64,000 bases of DNA from Nibricoccus sp. (GCA_047602425.1 JASGHG010000001.1:2496001-2560000); one strand, 5' to 3'. Positions 1 to 10,294 are shown, counted from the first letter of the stretch. Notes: generated by a model from the sequence alone, not told the origin. Numbers and translations: made by a program.

Positions 1-2312
1 GGCGTGGCGCGCTGAGCCGGACCTTGCGCACCTCCTGTGCAAATGGTTCGGCGATGGGATCGAGCAGGCGCGAATGGAAAGCATGCGCATTTTTCACCGG
101 GCGGAAAATAATTTCCCGCGCGCCGAGCAGTTTTTGAAATTCGGTCATCTCGGGCACGGGCCCGGCGACCACGCAAAGTTTCGGGCCGTTGATCAGGGAG
201 ATGGAAAGCGAAGGGCTCAGCAGGGGCAGTAGTTCCTTTTCCGGCAGCATGACCGCAAGCATCATGCCCTGAGGCAATTCGTTCACCAATTTGGCCCGCA
301 CGACGACAAGCTTCAACGCGTCTTCAAGGGAGAACACCCCGGCGAGGCACGCTGCGACATACTCGCCCATGCTGTGACCCACGATGCGGTCGGGAACGAG
401 TCCCCAATCGAGCCACAACCGCGCGAGCGCATACTCCAGCGTGAATAAAGCCGGATGGCAATTGACGGTATCGTTCAGTTTTTGCGTGGCGGGATCGAGT
501 GGTTCGTCGGCCGTCTTCCCGAGCATCCGCTTCAGATCGATGCCGCGCGGTTTGGCCGGCTCGTTTTTGGCCCGGTCTTTTGGATAGAGAAGATCGCGGA
601 CGTCGAGGCCGAGGAGTGGATGAAGAATTTGCGCGCACCGGTCGATCTCCCGGCGGAATACTTCATACTTTTCATAGAGGCCCTGGCCCATGCCAACGTA
701 ATGATCGCCTACGCCAGGCAGGAGAAAGATCACCGGCGCTGCGCCTTTTTCGGGCACGATGCCGGACAATTGTTTTTTGGCATCAGGAGCGCGAAGCGAG
801 GTGGCGATTTCGGGAGCGGTTTGCCCCACCGCAATACGCCGGTGCGAATAGAATTTCCGACCGGCATGCAATGTGTGCGCGATGTCCGAGAGCGCGGGAA
901 CGTCGGGTTGGGAAAGAAAATTGGTGAATTCGCCGGACATCGTCTCTAGCGCCGGCGCCGATTTCGCGGAGAACGTGAGCAAATACGGACCGCCTGTCTT
1001 CGGCGACGGTGCGACCGCAGGCGCTTCCTCAAGGACGAGGTGAGCGTTGGTGCCTCCCATGCCCGTCGACATGATGCCTGCCCTCAACGGCGTATTATTG
1101 CGTGAAGTCCAGGGAGCGACTCTGTTGTTCACGAAAAATGGCGTGGTGCTAAAATCGATTTCCGGATTCGGCTTGGTATAATGAAGCGTTGGCGGGATCG
1201 AACGGTTTTTGAGCGCCAGCACCGTCTTGATCAAACCTGCCATTCCAGCGGCGGCATCGAGGTGGCCGACGTTGGTTTTCACCGAACCGAGGGCGCAAAA
1301 GGAATTTTTTTGCGTGAAATTCCGGAAAGCCTTGGTCAAGGCGAGCACTTCGATCGGGTCGCCCACCGGCGTGCCGGATCCATGCGCTTCCAGGTAGGAA
1401 ATAGTATCGGCATCGACGCCGGCATTGGCAATGGCTTCGACGACCACGTCCGCCTGCCCGTTGACGCTGGGTGTGGTATAGCCCGCTTTGGCCGAGCCAT
1501 CGTTGTTGACGGTCCGAGCCCTTGATCACTGCGTGGATATGGTCGCCTTGCGCGAGCGCGTCGGCGAGGCGTTTTAACACGACGACGCCCGCGCCGCTGC
1601 CAAAAACAGTGCCATTAGCACCGGCATCGAACGCGCGCACATGGCCATCCGGTGAGACCACACCGCCGCCATCGTAGATATAACCAGTCCGATGGGGCAC
1701 ACGAACCGACACGGCGCCAGCGAGGGCAAGGTCGGTTTCTTCGTTCAACAGACTTTGCCGGGCGAGATGAATGGCGACCAGCGAGGTCGAACATGCCGTC
1801 TGCACGGTCATGCCCGGCCCGCGCAGGCCGAGTTTGTACGAGATGCGTGTGCCGAGGAAGTCCTTGTCATTGACGATCAGCGTCGGGATGTAGTCTTCGG
1901 CAAAGCGGTCGTTCAGGCCGCTGTTGGCGAAGTAAGTGTTCATCGCCGAACCAACATAAACACCTACGCGGCCGGGAAAGCGGTCCGGATCGCAGCCTGC
2001 GTCCTCGATCGCGCTGTAGGCGACTTCAAGGAGAATGCGGTGCTGCGGATCCATGGCGCTGGCTTCGCCCGGCGAATAGCCGAAGAACGTGGCATCGAAG
2101 GCCTCGGGCGCATCGAGGACGGGCGCGGCCTTCACGAAATCGGAACGGGCCAGCAACTTTGGCGAAACTCCCGAGGCGAGAATTTCCTCGTCGGTGAGAC
2201 GGGCGATGGACTCGACGCCTCCGACGAGATTCTGCCAAAATTCGGTTGGATTTTTTGCGCCCGGAAAGCGGCAGGCCATGCCTACAATCGCGATGTCAAA
2301 TTCGTTGTCCAT
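1..2312 (-). pseudogene. Type I PKS (hybrid-type KS, then AT; continues beyond left edge), interrupted by a 1-nt insertion near 1513 (true pseudogene or sequencing error)
   Basis: ATG at 2312 (MDNEFDIAIVGMACRFPGA), 4 nt after the stop of the upstream A-domain gene. KS motifs are MDPQHR and VQTACSTS. After AVIKGS the KS continues in another frame: VNNDGSAKAG...EAHGSGT...KTNVGHL...GMGGTNAHLVLEE. AT motifs GHSMG (~365-379) and HAFHS (~71-85) follow in that same frame. Confidence 0.9.
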
Positions 2313-2316
2313 CGGC

Positions 2317-3933
2317 TCAGGCGGTCTTGGACCGTAGGATTGGTTCGGGGAGGGCCTTGCGATCGGCCTTGCCATTGGCGTTTGTCGGAATTTCGGCGAT
2401 CTTCTCGAAGTGATCGGGCACCATGTGCGCGGGCAGATAACGATGCAGGTGCTGCTTGAGGGCTTCGGGATCGATCTCCTGTTTGCAGACGAGGTAGGCG
2501 ACGATGAGGATGATGCTCTCGGAATATTTTTTCACCGTGACGACGCAGTCTGCGATGCCCGGGAATTTTTGGATCGTATTTTCGATCTCGCCCAGTTCGA
2601 TGCGCAGACCGCGGATCTTCACCTGATGATCTTCCCGGCCGAGATATTCGATATTGCCGTCGGGCAGCCAGCGCGCGATGTCGCCGGTGCGATAAATGCG
2701 TTCGCCGGGAACCGCCGGGCTTTCGGTGAAACGTTCGCGGGTCAATTCGGGATTGTTTAAATAACCACGCGCCAGACCCACGCCGGCGAGGCACAATTCG
2801 CCAGGCTCGCCGATTGGGGCCTGCTCGCCATCCTTGATGATGTAAGTGCGGATATTTTGAATGGGCCGGCCGATGGGAATGCGATCGAAATCGCCCTGCG
2901 TCGGGCAATCGAAATAGGTGACGTCGACCGTGGCCTCGGTTGGACCATAGAGATTGATTAGTTGTGCGCCGACATTGCGATGGACGTTGTCATTGAATTT
3001 TCGGACGTGGGCGGGGCTGAGCGCTTCGCCGCTGGCGAAGATCCGGCGGAGCGTGGGGAGCGCCGTTTTCACCTTTTCCGGACGGCCGTCGAGATACTCG
3101 AGGAAAACGTTCAACATCGACGGTACGAAATGCATTACGCTCACGCGGTGTTTTTTGACAGTTTCCACGAGGGCCTGGGGCATCCGTTCGCCGCGTGGCA
3201 TCAACATGCAGACAGCCGAACCTTCGAGTGCCCACCAAAAGAGTTCCCACACGGAAACATCGAAACAGAACGAAGTTTTCTGCAAAAGGACGTCGCGACT
3301 GTCGATGGGATAGGCTTTCTGCATCCACTTGAGCCGGTTCACCACCGAATGGTGTTCGATCATTACGCCCTTGGGCCGGCCGGTGGACCCGGACGTGTAG
3401 ATGACGTACGCGAGATCGGTGGGGCGGTTGACCAAGGCCGGATTGGTGCCGGGGAAATTGTAGGTTTCGACCTGTTCGAGATTGACGGTGGGAACGCCGG
3501 CGGGCGCCTTGCCGGCGGTGGCGCCGTGAACGAGCAACAGGTTCACACCGGCGTTCTGCAAAACGTAACTGATGCGTTCCACCGGATCCTCGGGGGACAG
3601 CGGAAGGTACGCTCCGCCGGCTTTGATGATGCCGAAGATCCCAATGATCATCGCGAACGAACGTTCAACCATGATGCCGACGATCTGGCCTGGCTGCACG
3701 CCACGGCTTCGCAGCAGGTGAGCCACCTGGTTAGCCCGTTCGTTTAACTGGGAATAACTCAAAACCGGCGTGCCCCAAAATTTGTCGTGGTCGCACAGCA
3801 CCGCGGGTTGCTGGGGATGGCGAAGCACTTGTTCCTCGATCAACTCCTGCAACGTGACGTTGTTTTGGTATTCGCAGGCAGTGCGATTGAAAGAGGCGAT
3901 CTTTTCGAGATCGGTTTCAGTCGAGATGGACAT
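2317..3933 (-). CDS. Stand-alone amino acid adenylation domain protein, predicted L-serine specific
   Basis: Core motifs YTSGSTGRPKG, NLYGPTE, YRTGD and NGKADR. The binding-pocket residues read DVWHFSLVDK. Start reassigned to MSISTETD (3933) because the longer ORF overlaps the acyl-CoA dehydrogenase. Confidence 0.92.
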   Translation of the reverse strand: MSISTETDLEKIASFNRTACEYQNNVTLQELIEEQVLRHPQQPAVLCDHDKFWGTPVLSYSQLNERANQVAHLLRSRGVQPGQIVGIMVERSFAMIIGIFGIIKAGGAYLPLSPEDPVERISYVLQNAGVNLLLVHGATAGKAPAGVPTVNLEQVETYNFPGTNPALVNRPTDLAYVIYTSGSTGRPKGVMIEHHSVVNRLKWMQKAYPIDSRDVLLQKTSFCFDVSVWELFWWALEGSAVCMLMPRGERMPQALVETVKKHRVSVMHFVPSMLNVFLEYLDGRPEKVKTALPTLRRIFASGEALSPAHVRKFNDNVHRNVGAQLINLYGPTEATVDVTYFDCPTQGDFDRIPIGRPIQNIRTYIIKDGEQAPIGEPGELCLAGVGLARGYLNNPELTRERFTESPAVPGERIYRTGDIARWLPDGNIEYLGREDHQVKIRGLRIELGEIENTIQKFPGIADCVVTVKKYSESIILIVAYLVCKQEIDPEALKQHLHRYLPAHMVPDHFEKIAEIPTNANGKADRKALPEPILRSKTA

Positions 3934-3991
3934 GGGCAATGCGAAGATAGCTAGATTCCGGCCAATGTGCGACTTGGATGGATTTTTTTTC

Positions 3992-5182
3992 TCAGGCTCC
4001 GGCGTTTGCGGGTGATGAAGTTCGTTCGTGGCGCTGGCGGCGCAGCGCTTCGGCCACCACGCCTTTCCCCAGAATGTATTCGTGGACTTGGGTGGTGCCT
4101 TCGATGATTTCCATGATTTTCGAGCCGCGGTAAAAACGGGCGACGGGCGACGCCTCATGGCAACCGGAAGCGCCGCGGATTTGCACAGCGTCCGAGGACG
4201 CCTGAACCACGGCGCGCGAAGTGAAGTATTTGGCGAAGAATGCGCGGTTAAACGCGTCGGGCAGGCGATCGTCTTCCGCGCGGCACGCACTCCAACAGAG
4301 GAGATTGGCCGCTTCGAGATCCGTGGCCATTTTTGCCAGGAGCGATTGGATCATGCCGTAGTCGCCAACGCGCTGGCCGCCGACTTTGCGTGCGACGGCG
4401 TGATCGGCGCTTTCTTCCACGCAGCCGCGCAACAAACCCAAGGCCGAGCAAGCCGTGCTGAGCCGCCCATATTGAAGTCCTATTGGGGCGACGTGCGAAA
4501 AAGCGAACCCTGGTTTGGCGACGATGTTGGCCGCGGGGATTTGAACGTCATTGAAGCGAAGCAATCCCAAGCCAGCGGCGCGGAAACCCATGAGATCCTT
4601 GATTGGCTCGATTTCGAAACCGGGACTTTCGCGGGGCACGATGCAGGCGATTGGTTTGCCTTCGAGTTTGCCAAAAACCAGAAACACGCCGGCCATCTGC
4701 GAGCAGGTGATCCATTTTTTTTCTCCGCGAAGGATCAATCCATCGGATGTCCCGCTGCGGCGGTATTCAGTGGTCATCGCTTGCAGATCGCTGCCGATGC
4801 CAGGCTCGGTCAGAGCGAACGCAGCAATCATTTCGCCCTTGGCGAGTTTGGGCAGCCAGCGTGAACGCTGCTCGGACGTGCCCCATTTCAGCACGGCCAT
4901 GGAAAACATGGCTTGAACAGTCACGATGCCGGTGAAGGCGGAATCGCTCCGACCCAAGGCTTCGTTGAGCAGGCCAAAGGTGACCGCGTCCCAACCCAAA
5001 CCGCCAAATTCCGTTGGAATAGTGGCGCCGAGCCAGCCTGTCGCGCCGAGCTCGGCGATGGCGGCTTCGGGAATCTTCTGCGCACGATCCCATTCACCGG
5101 CAAACGGCGCCACTTTGCTGGAGGCAAAAGCCTGAAATTCGGCATGCCTCCGGCTCTGTTCTGCGGAGAGAAAGGTGTTCAT
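3992..5182 (-). CDS. Acyl-CoA/acyl-ACP dehydrogenase (FkbI/ZmaI-like)
   Basis: FALTEPGIGSD, GEKKWIT, AVQIRGASG and EIIEGTTQV motifs; adjacent to an ACP and a 3-hydroxyacyl dehydrogenase. Confidence 0.92.
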   Translation of the reverse strand: MNTFLSAEQSRRHAEFQAFASSKVAPFAGEWDRAQKIPEAAIAELGATGWLGATIPTEFGGLGWDAVTFGLLNEALGRSDSAFTGIVTVQAMFSMAVLKWGTSEQRSRWLPKLAKGEMIAAFALTEPGIGSDLQAMTTEYRRSGTSDGLILRGEKKWITCSQMAGVFLVFGKLEGKPIACIVPRESPGFEIEPIKDLMGFRAAGLGLLRFNDVQIPAANIVAKPGFAFSHVAPIGLQYGRLSTACSALGLLRGCVEESADHAVARKVGGQRVGDYGMIQSLLAKMATDLEAANLLCWSACRAEDDRLPDAFNRAFFAKYFTSRAVVQASSDAVQIRGASGCHEASPVARFYRGSKIMEIIEGTTQVHEYILGKGVVAEALRRQRHERTSSPANAGA

Positions 5183-5221
5183 GTTTGGCGCGGTTGAATG
5201 GTTTTGGTTGGCGGACGGGAC

Positions 5222-5476
5222 TTACCCGGCCTTTTTCCTGGCCACGAAGGCGGCGGTGGCGCTGACCGACTTGAAGTTTTCGATTTCGAGATCGTCCATG
5301 CCGATTTCGATTTCGAAGGTGCGCTCGACGAAGGTCATCAATTGGACGGCGAAGAGCGAATTGACGATGCCGGTGTCGAAGAGATTTTCGTCATCACCCA
5401 AGGCGTCGATGTTGATCGAGCTGTTGATGAAATTGCGGACGGTTTCTTTGATGTGTTTCGGATCAAGGGTGCTCAT
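5222..5476 (-). CDS. Discrete acyl carrier protein (FkbJ/ZmaH-like)
   Basis: 84 aa and acidic; NLFDTGIVNSLFAVQL phosphopantetheine motif typical of extender-unit ACPs. Confidence 0.92.
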   Translation of the reverse strand: MSTLDPKHIKETVRNFINSSINIDALGDDENLFDTGIVNSLFAVQLMTFVERTFEIEIGMDDLEIENFKSVSATAAFVARKKAG

Positions 5477-5494
5477 GTTAGGTTTCGCGATAGG

Positions 5495-6361
5495 TTAGCC
5501 TTGTGAACCAGGGTAGACGTAGAACCCACGTCCGCTTTTGCGTCCGCAATGGCCGGCATCGACCATCTTCCGGAGGAGGGGGCAGCACCGGAATTTCGGA
5601 TCGTGGAATGAGTCGTAAAGCACGTCAAGCGACCGCATGACCGTGTCGAGGCCGATGAGATCGGCCGTTTCCAATGGTCCCATTTTATGGCCAAAGCATT
5701 TTTTGAAAATGGCATCGATCTGTGCGGCGGTGGCCAGTCCATCCTGGAAAACCCAGGCGGCCTCATTCATGAAAAGATGCGAAATCCGGTTGGAAACAAA
5801 ACCGGGCAAATCGCCCACCACGATGGCTTCCTTTTGCAGCTGCGAAAAGAGCTGGCTGACCACGGAGATGGTTTCGTCGGACGTGTGTTCGCCGCGGATG
5901 ACTTCGACGGTCGGCATCATGTGCACCGGATTCATGAAATGCATGCCGACGACCTTTTTCGGTCGTTGGGTAATGCCCGCAATTCGAGTGACGGAGATGC
6001 ACGAAGTATTTGCGCCAAAGCAAACGCCGGCCGGAACGATTTTGTCGATTTTCTCGTAGATCGGTTTTTTGACGGTCCAGTCCTCGGTCGCGTTCTCGAC
6101 GACAAACTCCGCCTTCGAAAGATCCTCGAGGCTGGTCGTAAACGTAATGCGGGACAACGTCTCGTCACGCGTGAGCTTGGGAGCGCCTTTCTTCAGCAGC
6201 GGAGCGAACCGGACCGTTTGCAGAATATGGGCGCGAGCCGATTCCAATGCCTTGTCGGATATGTCAACCGCGATGGCGTGAATGCCGTGCAGCACGAGGT
6301 CGACAACCACGCCGGAGCCGATGTTTCCCACGCCAATTACGCCGACGGTTTTCAAAGTCAT
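5495..6361 (-). CDS. 3-hydroxyacyl-CoA/ACP dehydrogenase (FkbK/ZmaG-like)
   Basis: GVIGVGNIG Rossmann motif, GMHFMNP, PGFVSNR and MGPLETADLIGLD. Confidence 0.93.
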   Translation of the reverse strand: MTLKTVGVIGVGNIGSGVVVDLVLHGIHAIAVDISDKALESARAHILQTVRFAPLLKKGAPKLTRDETLSRITFTTSLEDLSKAEFVVENATEDWTVKKPIYEKIDKIVPAGVCFGANTSCISVTRIAGITQRPKKVVGMHFMNPVHMMPTVEVIRGEHTSDETISVVSQLFSQLQKEAIVVGDLPGFVSNRISHLFMNEAAWVFQDGLATAAQIDAIFKKCFGHKMGPLETADLIGLDTVMRSLDVLYDSFHDPKFRCCPLLRKMVDAGHCGRKSGRGFYVYPGSQG

Positions 6362-6406
6362 GAGGGTGAAATTAGGACGATTGTTTGGTTTAGTAAAGCC
6401 GGGATC

Positions 6407-9400
6407 TTAATCGCGCTTGCGCAGGCGTTGCTTGCGGCGGGCGCCCCGTTCCATGGCATCGCTGGCGGCGCTTGCCTCGGTCTTTGACGGCTCCAATTTT
6501 TCCGCCAGAAGGCGCACGGTCGGGCTCTCGAAAAGGCCCACGATCGAAACCTGATGCTTAAGCTCCCGGCGGATGGCGGCGACTACTTGCACCGCTTTGA
6601 GCGACGTGCCGCCGGCTTCGAAGAAATTGTCGGTGGGTTTTAGGTGAGGATTGCCAATCGCGCGACGCCAGATGCTGAGCAGTTTGTCTTCAAGACTGGC
6701 AGCTGCATCGGTGCCGATTGCCGGCTCGGCGAAGCCGGACGCGTGCAGACGCGCTGTTTCCATGGCCGAACGGATCTTGGCGACCGAATCCAAAGTCGTG
6801 GCGATTTCAACGAGACGGGCTTCCGCTCCGAAGCCGCGTGTATGCGTCGCTTTGGCGGAAACTGGCCGATTAGCGATGGATTGGGATTCGGTAGTTTCGG
6901 AGCTGCCTGAGGGTTTATACCGCAGCGAAATGAGTTCCTCGGCGGAGAAACGATAAATAGTTGAGCCGGATTTTTCTTGGGCAGAAGCAGCACGGAGGGA
7001 CTCGACGAAATCCCGCGCAGGCTGGTTCTTTTCCGTAGTCTGGAAGGGAAGTTCGACAAACTCGCAACCCCGAGCGCGCGCCTCGGCGCCAACGCGGGCG
7101 AGAATCCCGTGCTCGACGCCGCGACCCAGCACTCGACAACTCAGGAGGAAGGTGTCGACCGAGCATACGTTGCCCGCGATGGAAAAAAGCGCCAAGCCGA
7201 CCATGCCATAATCGCCAAAGCGATCCTGCACGTTTACGGCGAGGCAGCCATTCGCGGGATTTTCCGAAAAACGTTCGATGTCAGCCGCTGAGCGGCGTTT
7301 GGTCGTGAAATTGAACTGGTTGGTGCGAAGCGTAAGCTGGGAAACGCGATCGAAATGTTCCGCCATTGGCTTGAAGATGGAAATCTCCAAGTGAAGTCCC
7401 TCGATGAAGTCTTTGAGGGTCGACACTTGGTCGCGGTATTTTTCGCGTTCTGCGTTTTCCCGCATTCTGTGGGTTCGGGTAAGATCCTCGGAAGTCGTCC
7501 GGAGATGGTCAAACGCCCAAGTGTGATCCAGGAACGCAGGGATTTCGGCGGGATTGGCCGGAAGCGGAAGCGTAAGGACGGCTGGCACGCTGGCCTGCAC
7601 TTCAGCGCATTCAACCGGGTTGTCGTCCACGAAAATAAAACTGTCCAAGCCCAGTCCGAGTTCCTGGGCGAGCGAACGAAGATTTTCCGACTTGGGCGAC
7701 CAGTTGATGCGCGTCGCGACGAGATGTTCCCGCCGCAGTTTCATGTCGGGATTTCGGTCAAAAACGCTCCAGACGTCCGCCTCCGAGTTTTTACTGCAAA
7801 GGCACAAAAGCATACCCGCCTCCATTTGCCGGAGCATGAACTCCTGGAGCGCTCGATGAGCGACGGTCACTTTCACTCCGAGGGCACCTTCCTCGCCGCA
7901 TGCCCCCTGCCAGAGCGTGTTGTCGCAATCCAAAACAATGACCTTGTACGGAGAGCGCTGAAGCGCGGAGATCGTTCTAACGAGGGCGGTGCCGATCGAA
8001 GCAAAACCTTCGGCGGTATAGGGAACATGGCCGGCGGCGTCCGCGTGCGGATCGTGAAGGTCCGTTACCGGATAACGTTCAGCGATTGCGGTGGAGCTGA
8101 GGGTATGGATGTTTGAAAATCCACGGACGCGGTCGATTAGTTCGGTTTCGATTTCGCGGAGGAACTGGCCGGAATCGGAGAAGCCGGAAGCCAATGGATT
8201 CGTCGGGCAAAAACACAGGATCGTGGGCGTGCTCGAAGAACGCGTGTAGGCATCCAGCGCCTGAATAAACTGATCGGCGGTTTTTTTGACCTCAGCTTTA
8301 GAAGCTGCAAAAGGTTCGGCTTCGGTGGCGCATGTCTCGTTGCGACTGGCGCGGGTTGCGTAGACGTTAAAAAGACCGGAGCCGGTCAGAAGATTCTCCT
8401 CTTCGACCGCGCAGTTAAAACCCTGGGAGATTAAAATCGACCGCACTTCATCGACCGCTTTTTGTGTCCGGTCGTGCACTTCAATCACGATCTGGCCGAT
8501 CAGCGGCCAATGGGTTTTTTCGATGCCGCGTAAAATCTCAAGTTCGCATTTTTCAGCGTCGATTTTAAGCAGGTCGATCCGGCTGAGCTTATTGTCGCGG
8601 ATAATATCCGAAACGGACAGCAGGGGGCAGTCGAACACCTGGCGGTCGAGTCGGCCGGTCATCAACTCGTCGACGTAGACATCGGTTGAAGGCTCGGACG
8701 AACCGAGCTCGGTGCGAACCATGTTGGCCACGACCGCTTGAATTGCCTGACGATCTTCGTCGGCGTTCGAGTGGAAACTCGAAAATACGGAAGATTTCTC
8801 GTAGAAAGTGAGAGAGGCTGAACCGCGTTTTTCGGAAACGCCCAGGTTGAACGGCTGGAGGCGTTCGCCGTAGGCGGAGCAATTTGCCTGAAGCGCCTTG
8901 AAGGCTACAGGGCTCGGTTCGTAGGCAAAGACGCGGGCTTGCGGCGCTCGGCTGCGCACAAAAAGCGAAAAGAGGCCGATGTTGGCCCCGATGTCCACCA
9001 CCGTGGCGTCTTCGGGTATTTGAATGCCATGACGTAAGTAGACACGGTCTTCAAAAATTTCTTTGTAAACGTACTCGGTCTCGTGCCGGTTGAGATGAGC
9101 GACTTCCAAGCCATTGGCCAGGGTATGCCGATTCAATCCAGCAAAGGCATTGGTGGTTGTGACTGGATCGAGTTTGGACGCGGCGGACTCGCTGCCAGAG
9201 GCCCAGTCGTTTAAGTTCAGCAGGATGACGTTGAAACCATTTTGGTTTCGCCGGAGCGCGCTTTCCGGACTGAGGAGTTCTTGAAAAACCTGGTTATAGG
9301 GCGCAAACGTGGTCTTTAGTGGACGTCCAAGGCGGAAGCCCCAGAACGTGAGCACCTCCTCGACCGGGTCAGCGGTGAAGGTCGCGGCGACGACAAGGTC

Positions 9401-10294
9401 GGTTTTCGATGGTTCGGCGGGTTGTTCTGACCGGGTTTGCCCCAGATAGGTGAAATGCACGCCTGAAAGTTTCAGATGGCAGCGGCCATGGTCATCGAAG
9501 ACTTCAAGATCGCCGGAGTGCAGTTCGCCGACTGCTTTTCCCGACTGGCGGAGGCGCGCTCTAACCCACACGCTACCGCTAAAAGCGAGATCGAAGATTT
9601 CCAACTTCTCCATTCCCCGGAGAATGAATGTGCTGCCGCCAGCGATCGAAAATGAGGCCAGCAGCTGCGCGACGCCATCGAGCAAGATGGGATGCAACTG
9701 GTGGATTTGACCGGGTTTGGCGATCGGCATGGCGAGTTGGCCGAGAGCTTCAGGGCCGTTTCGCCAGACTTTTTGTACGATCTGAAATTCAGGACCGTAC
9801 TGATTTCCATTTTTCGCCAACTGCTCGTAGTAGCCGGTTTGATCGGTGTGGTATTCGGATTTTTCCGTCGGCGACGGTGCAGGGCATTGGCCTGACGGGG
9901 TAGGCCAACCGGTTATTACCTCTAAACGGGCGCAGGGAGGAGGAGTTGGTGAACTCGCATCGCCGCCTTCCCGAAACGTGTAGCGAAACGAATGTTCGGT
10001 CGTGCGTTCGATACTCGCCGTGAGCAGAGTCTCGGCATCGGAGAGGATGACGGGATTGAGGAATTCGATATGCGTCAGCCTGCTGGGCATGGTGCCGAAA
10101 TGCTCGGCATGAATGCAAAGCACGGCCTCGATATAGAAAGAGCCGGGCAGAACGACCAAGTTTTGGAAACCATGATCCGTCAGATAAGGAAACGAGGCAG
10201 TTGCGATCCGGACGGTTGCCGTGGCCCCACCGGCGTCGGCCGGTTCAAATGCCACTGCTCTGCTTATGGAAGAAAATGTACCGGGTGCCTTCAA
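6407..10294 (-). CDS. Multidomain PKS dehydratase - FkbM-type methyltransferase - FkbH glyceryl transferase/phosphatase - ACP protein
   Basis: DH: LTDHGFQNLVVLPG and HPILLDGVAQ. MT: VDIGANIGLFS and LLKIDAE. FkbH: VLDCDNTLW, FVDDNPVE, RTNQFN and LLSCRVLGRGVE. ACP: FFEAGGTSL. TTG start. Confidence 0.9.
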   Translation of the reverse strand: MKAPGTFSSISRAVAFEPADAGGATATVRIATASFPYLTDHGFQNLVVLPGSFYIEAVLCIHAEHFGTMPSRLTHIEFLNPVILSDAETLLTASIERTTEHSFRYTFREGGDASSPTPPPCARLEVITGWPTPSGQCPAPSPTEKSEYHTDQTGYYEQLAKNGNQYGPEFQIVQKVWRNGPEALGQLAMPIAKPGQIHQLHPILLDGVAQLLASFSIAGGSTFILRGMEKLEIFDLAFSGSVWVRARLRQSGKAVGELHSGDLEVFDDHGRCHLKLSGVHFTYLGQTRSEQPAEPSKTDLVVAATFTADPVEEVLTFWGFRLGRPLKTTFAPYNQVFQELLSPESALRRNQNGFNVILLNLNDWASGSESAASKLDPVTTTNAFAGLNRHTLANGLEVAHLNRHETEYVYKEIFEDRVYLRHGIQIPEDATVVDIGANIGLFSLFVRSRAPQARVFAYEPSPVAFKALQANCSAYGERLQPFNLGVSEKRGSASLTFYEKSSVFSSFHSNADEDRQAIQAVVANMVRTELGSSEPSTDVYVDELMTGRLDRQVFDCPLLSVSDIIRDNKLSRIDLLKIDAEKCELEILRGIEKTHWPLIGQIVIEVHDRTQKAVDEVRSILISQGFNCAVEEENLLTGSGLFNVYATRASRNETCATEAEPFAASKAEVKKTADQFIQALDAYTRSSSTPTILCFCPTNPLASGFSDSGQFLREIETELIDRVRGFSNIHTLSSTAIAERYPVTDLHDPHADAAGHVPYTAEGFASIGTALVRTISALQRSPYKVIVLDCDNTLWQGACGEEGALGVKVTVAHRALQEFMLRQMEAGMLLCLCSKNSEADVWSVFDRNPDMKLRREHLVATRINWSPKSENLRSLAQELGLGLDSFIFVDDNPVECAEVQASVPAVLTLPLPANPAEIPAFLDHTWAFDHLRTTSEDLTRTHRMRENAEREKYRDQVSTLKDFIEGLHLEISIFKPMAEHFDRVSQLTLRTNQFNFTTKRRSAADIERFSENPANGCLAVNVQDRFGDYGMVGLALFSIAGNVCSVDTFLLSCRVLGRGVEHGILARVGAEARARGCEFVELPFQTTEKNQPARDFVESLRAASAQEKSGSTIYRFSAEELISLRYKPSGSSETTESQSIANRPVSAKATHTRGFGAEARLVEIATTLDSVAKIRSAMETARLHASGFAEPAIGTDAAASLEDKLLSIWRRAIGNPHLKPTDNFFEAGGTSLKAVQVVAAIRRELKHQVSIVGLFESPTVRLLAEKLEPSKTEASAASDAMERGARRKQRLRKRD

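Noticed and set aside
1149..1512. C-terminal tail of the 408-aa ORF (DRQQRWLGQ...)
   Set aside because: It is an out-of-frame product of the frameshift; the real KS sequence is in another frame.
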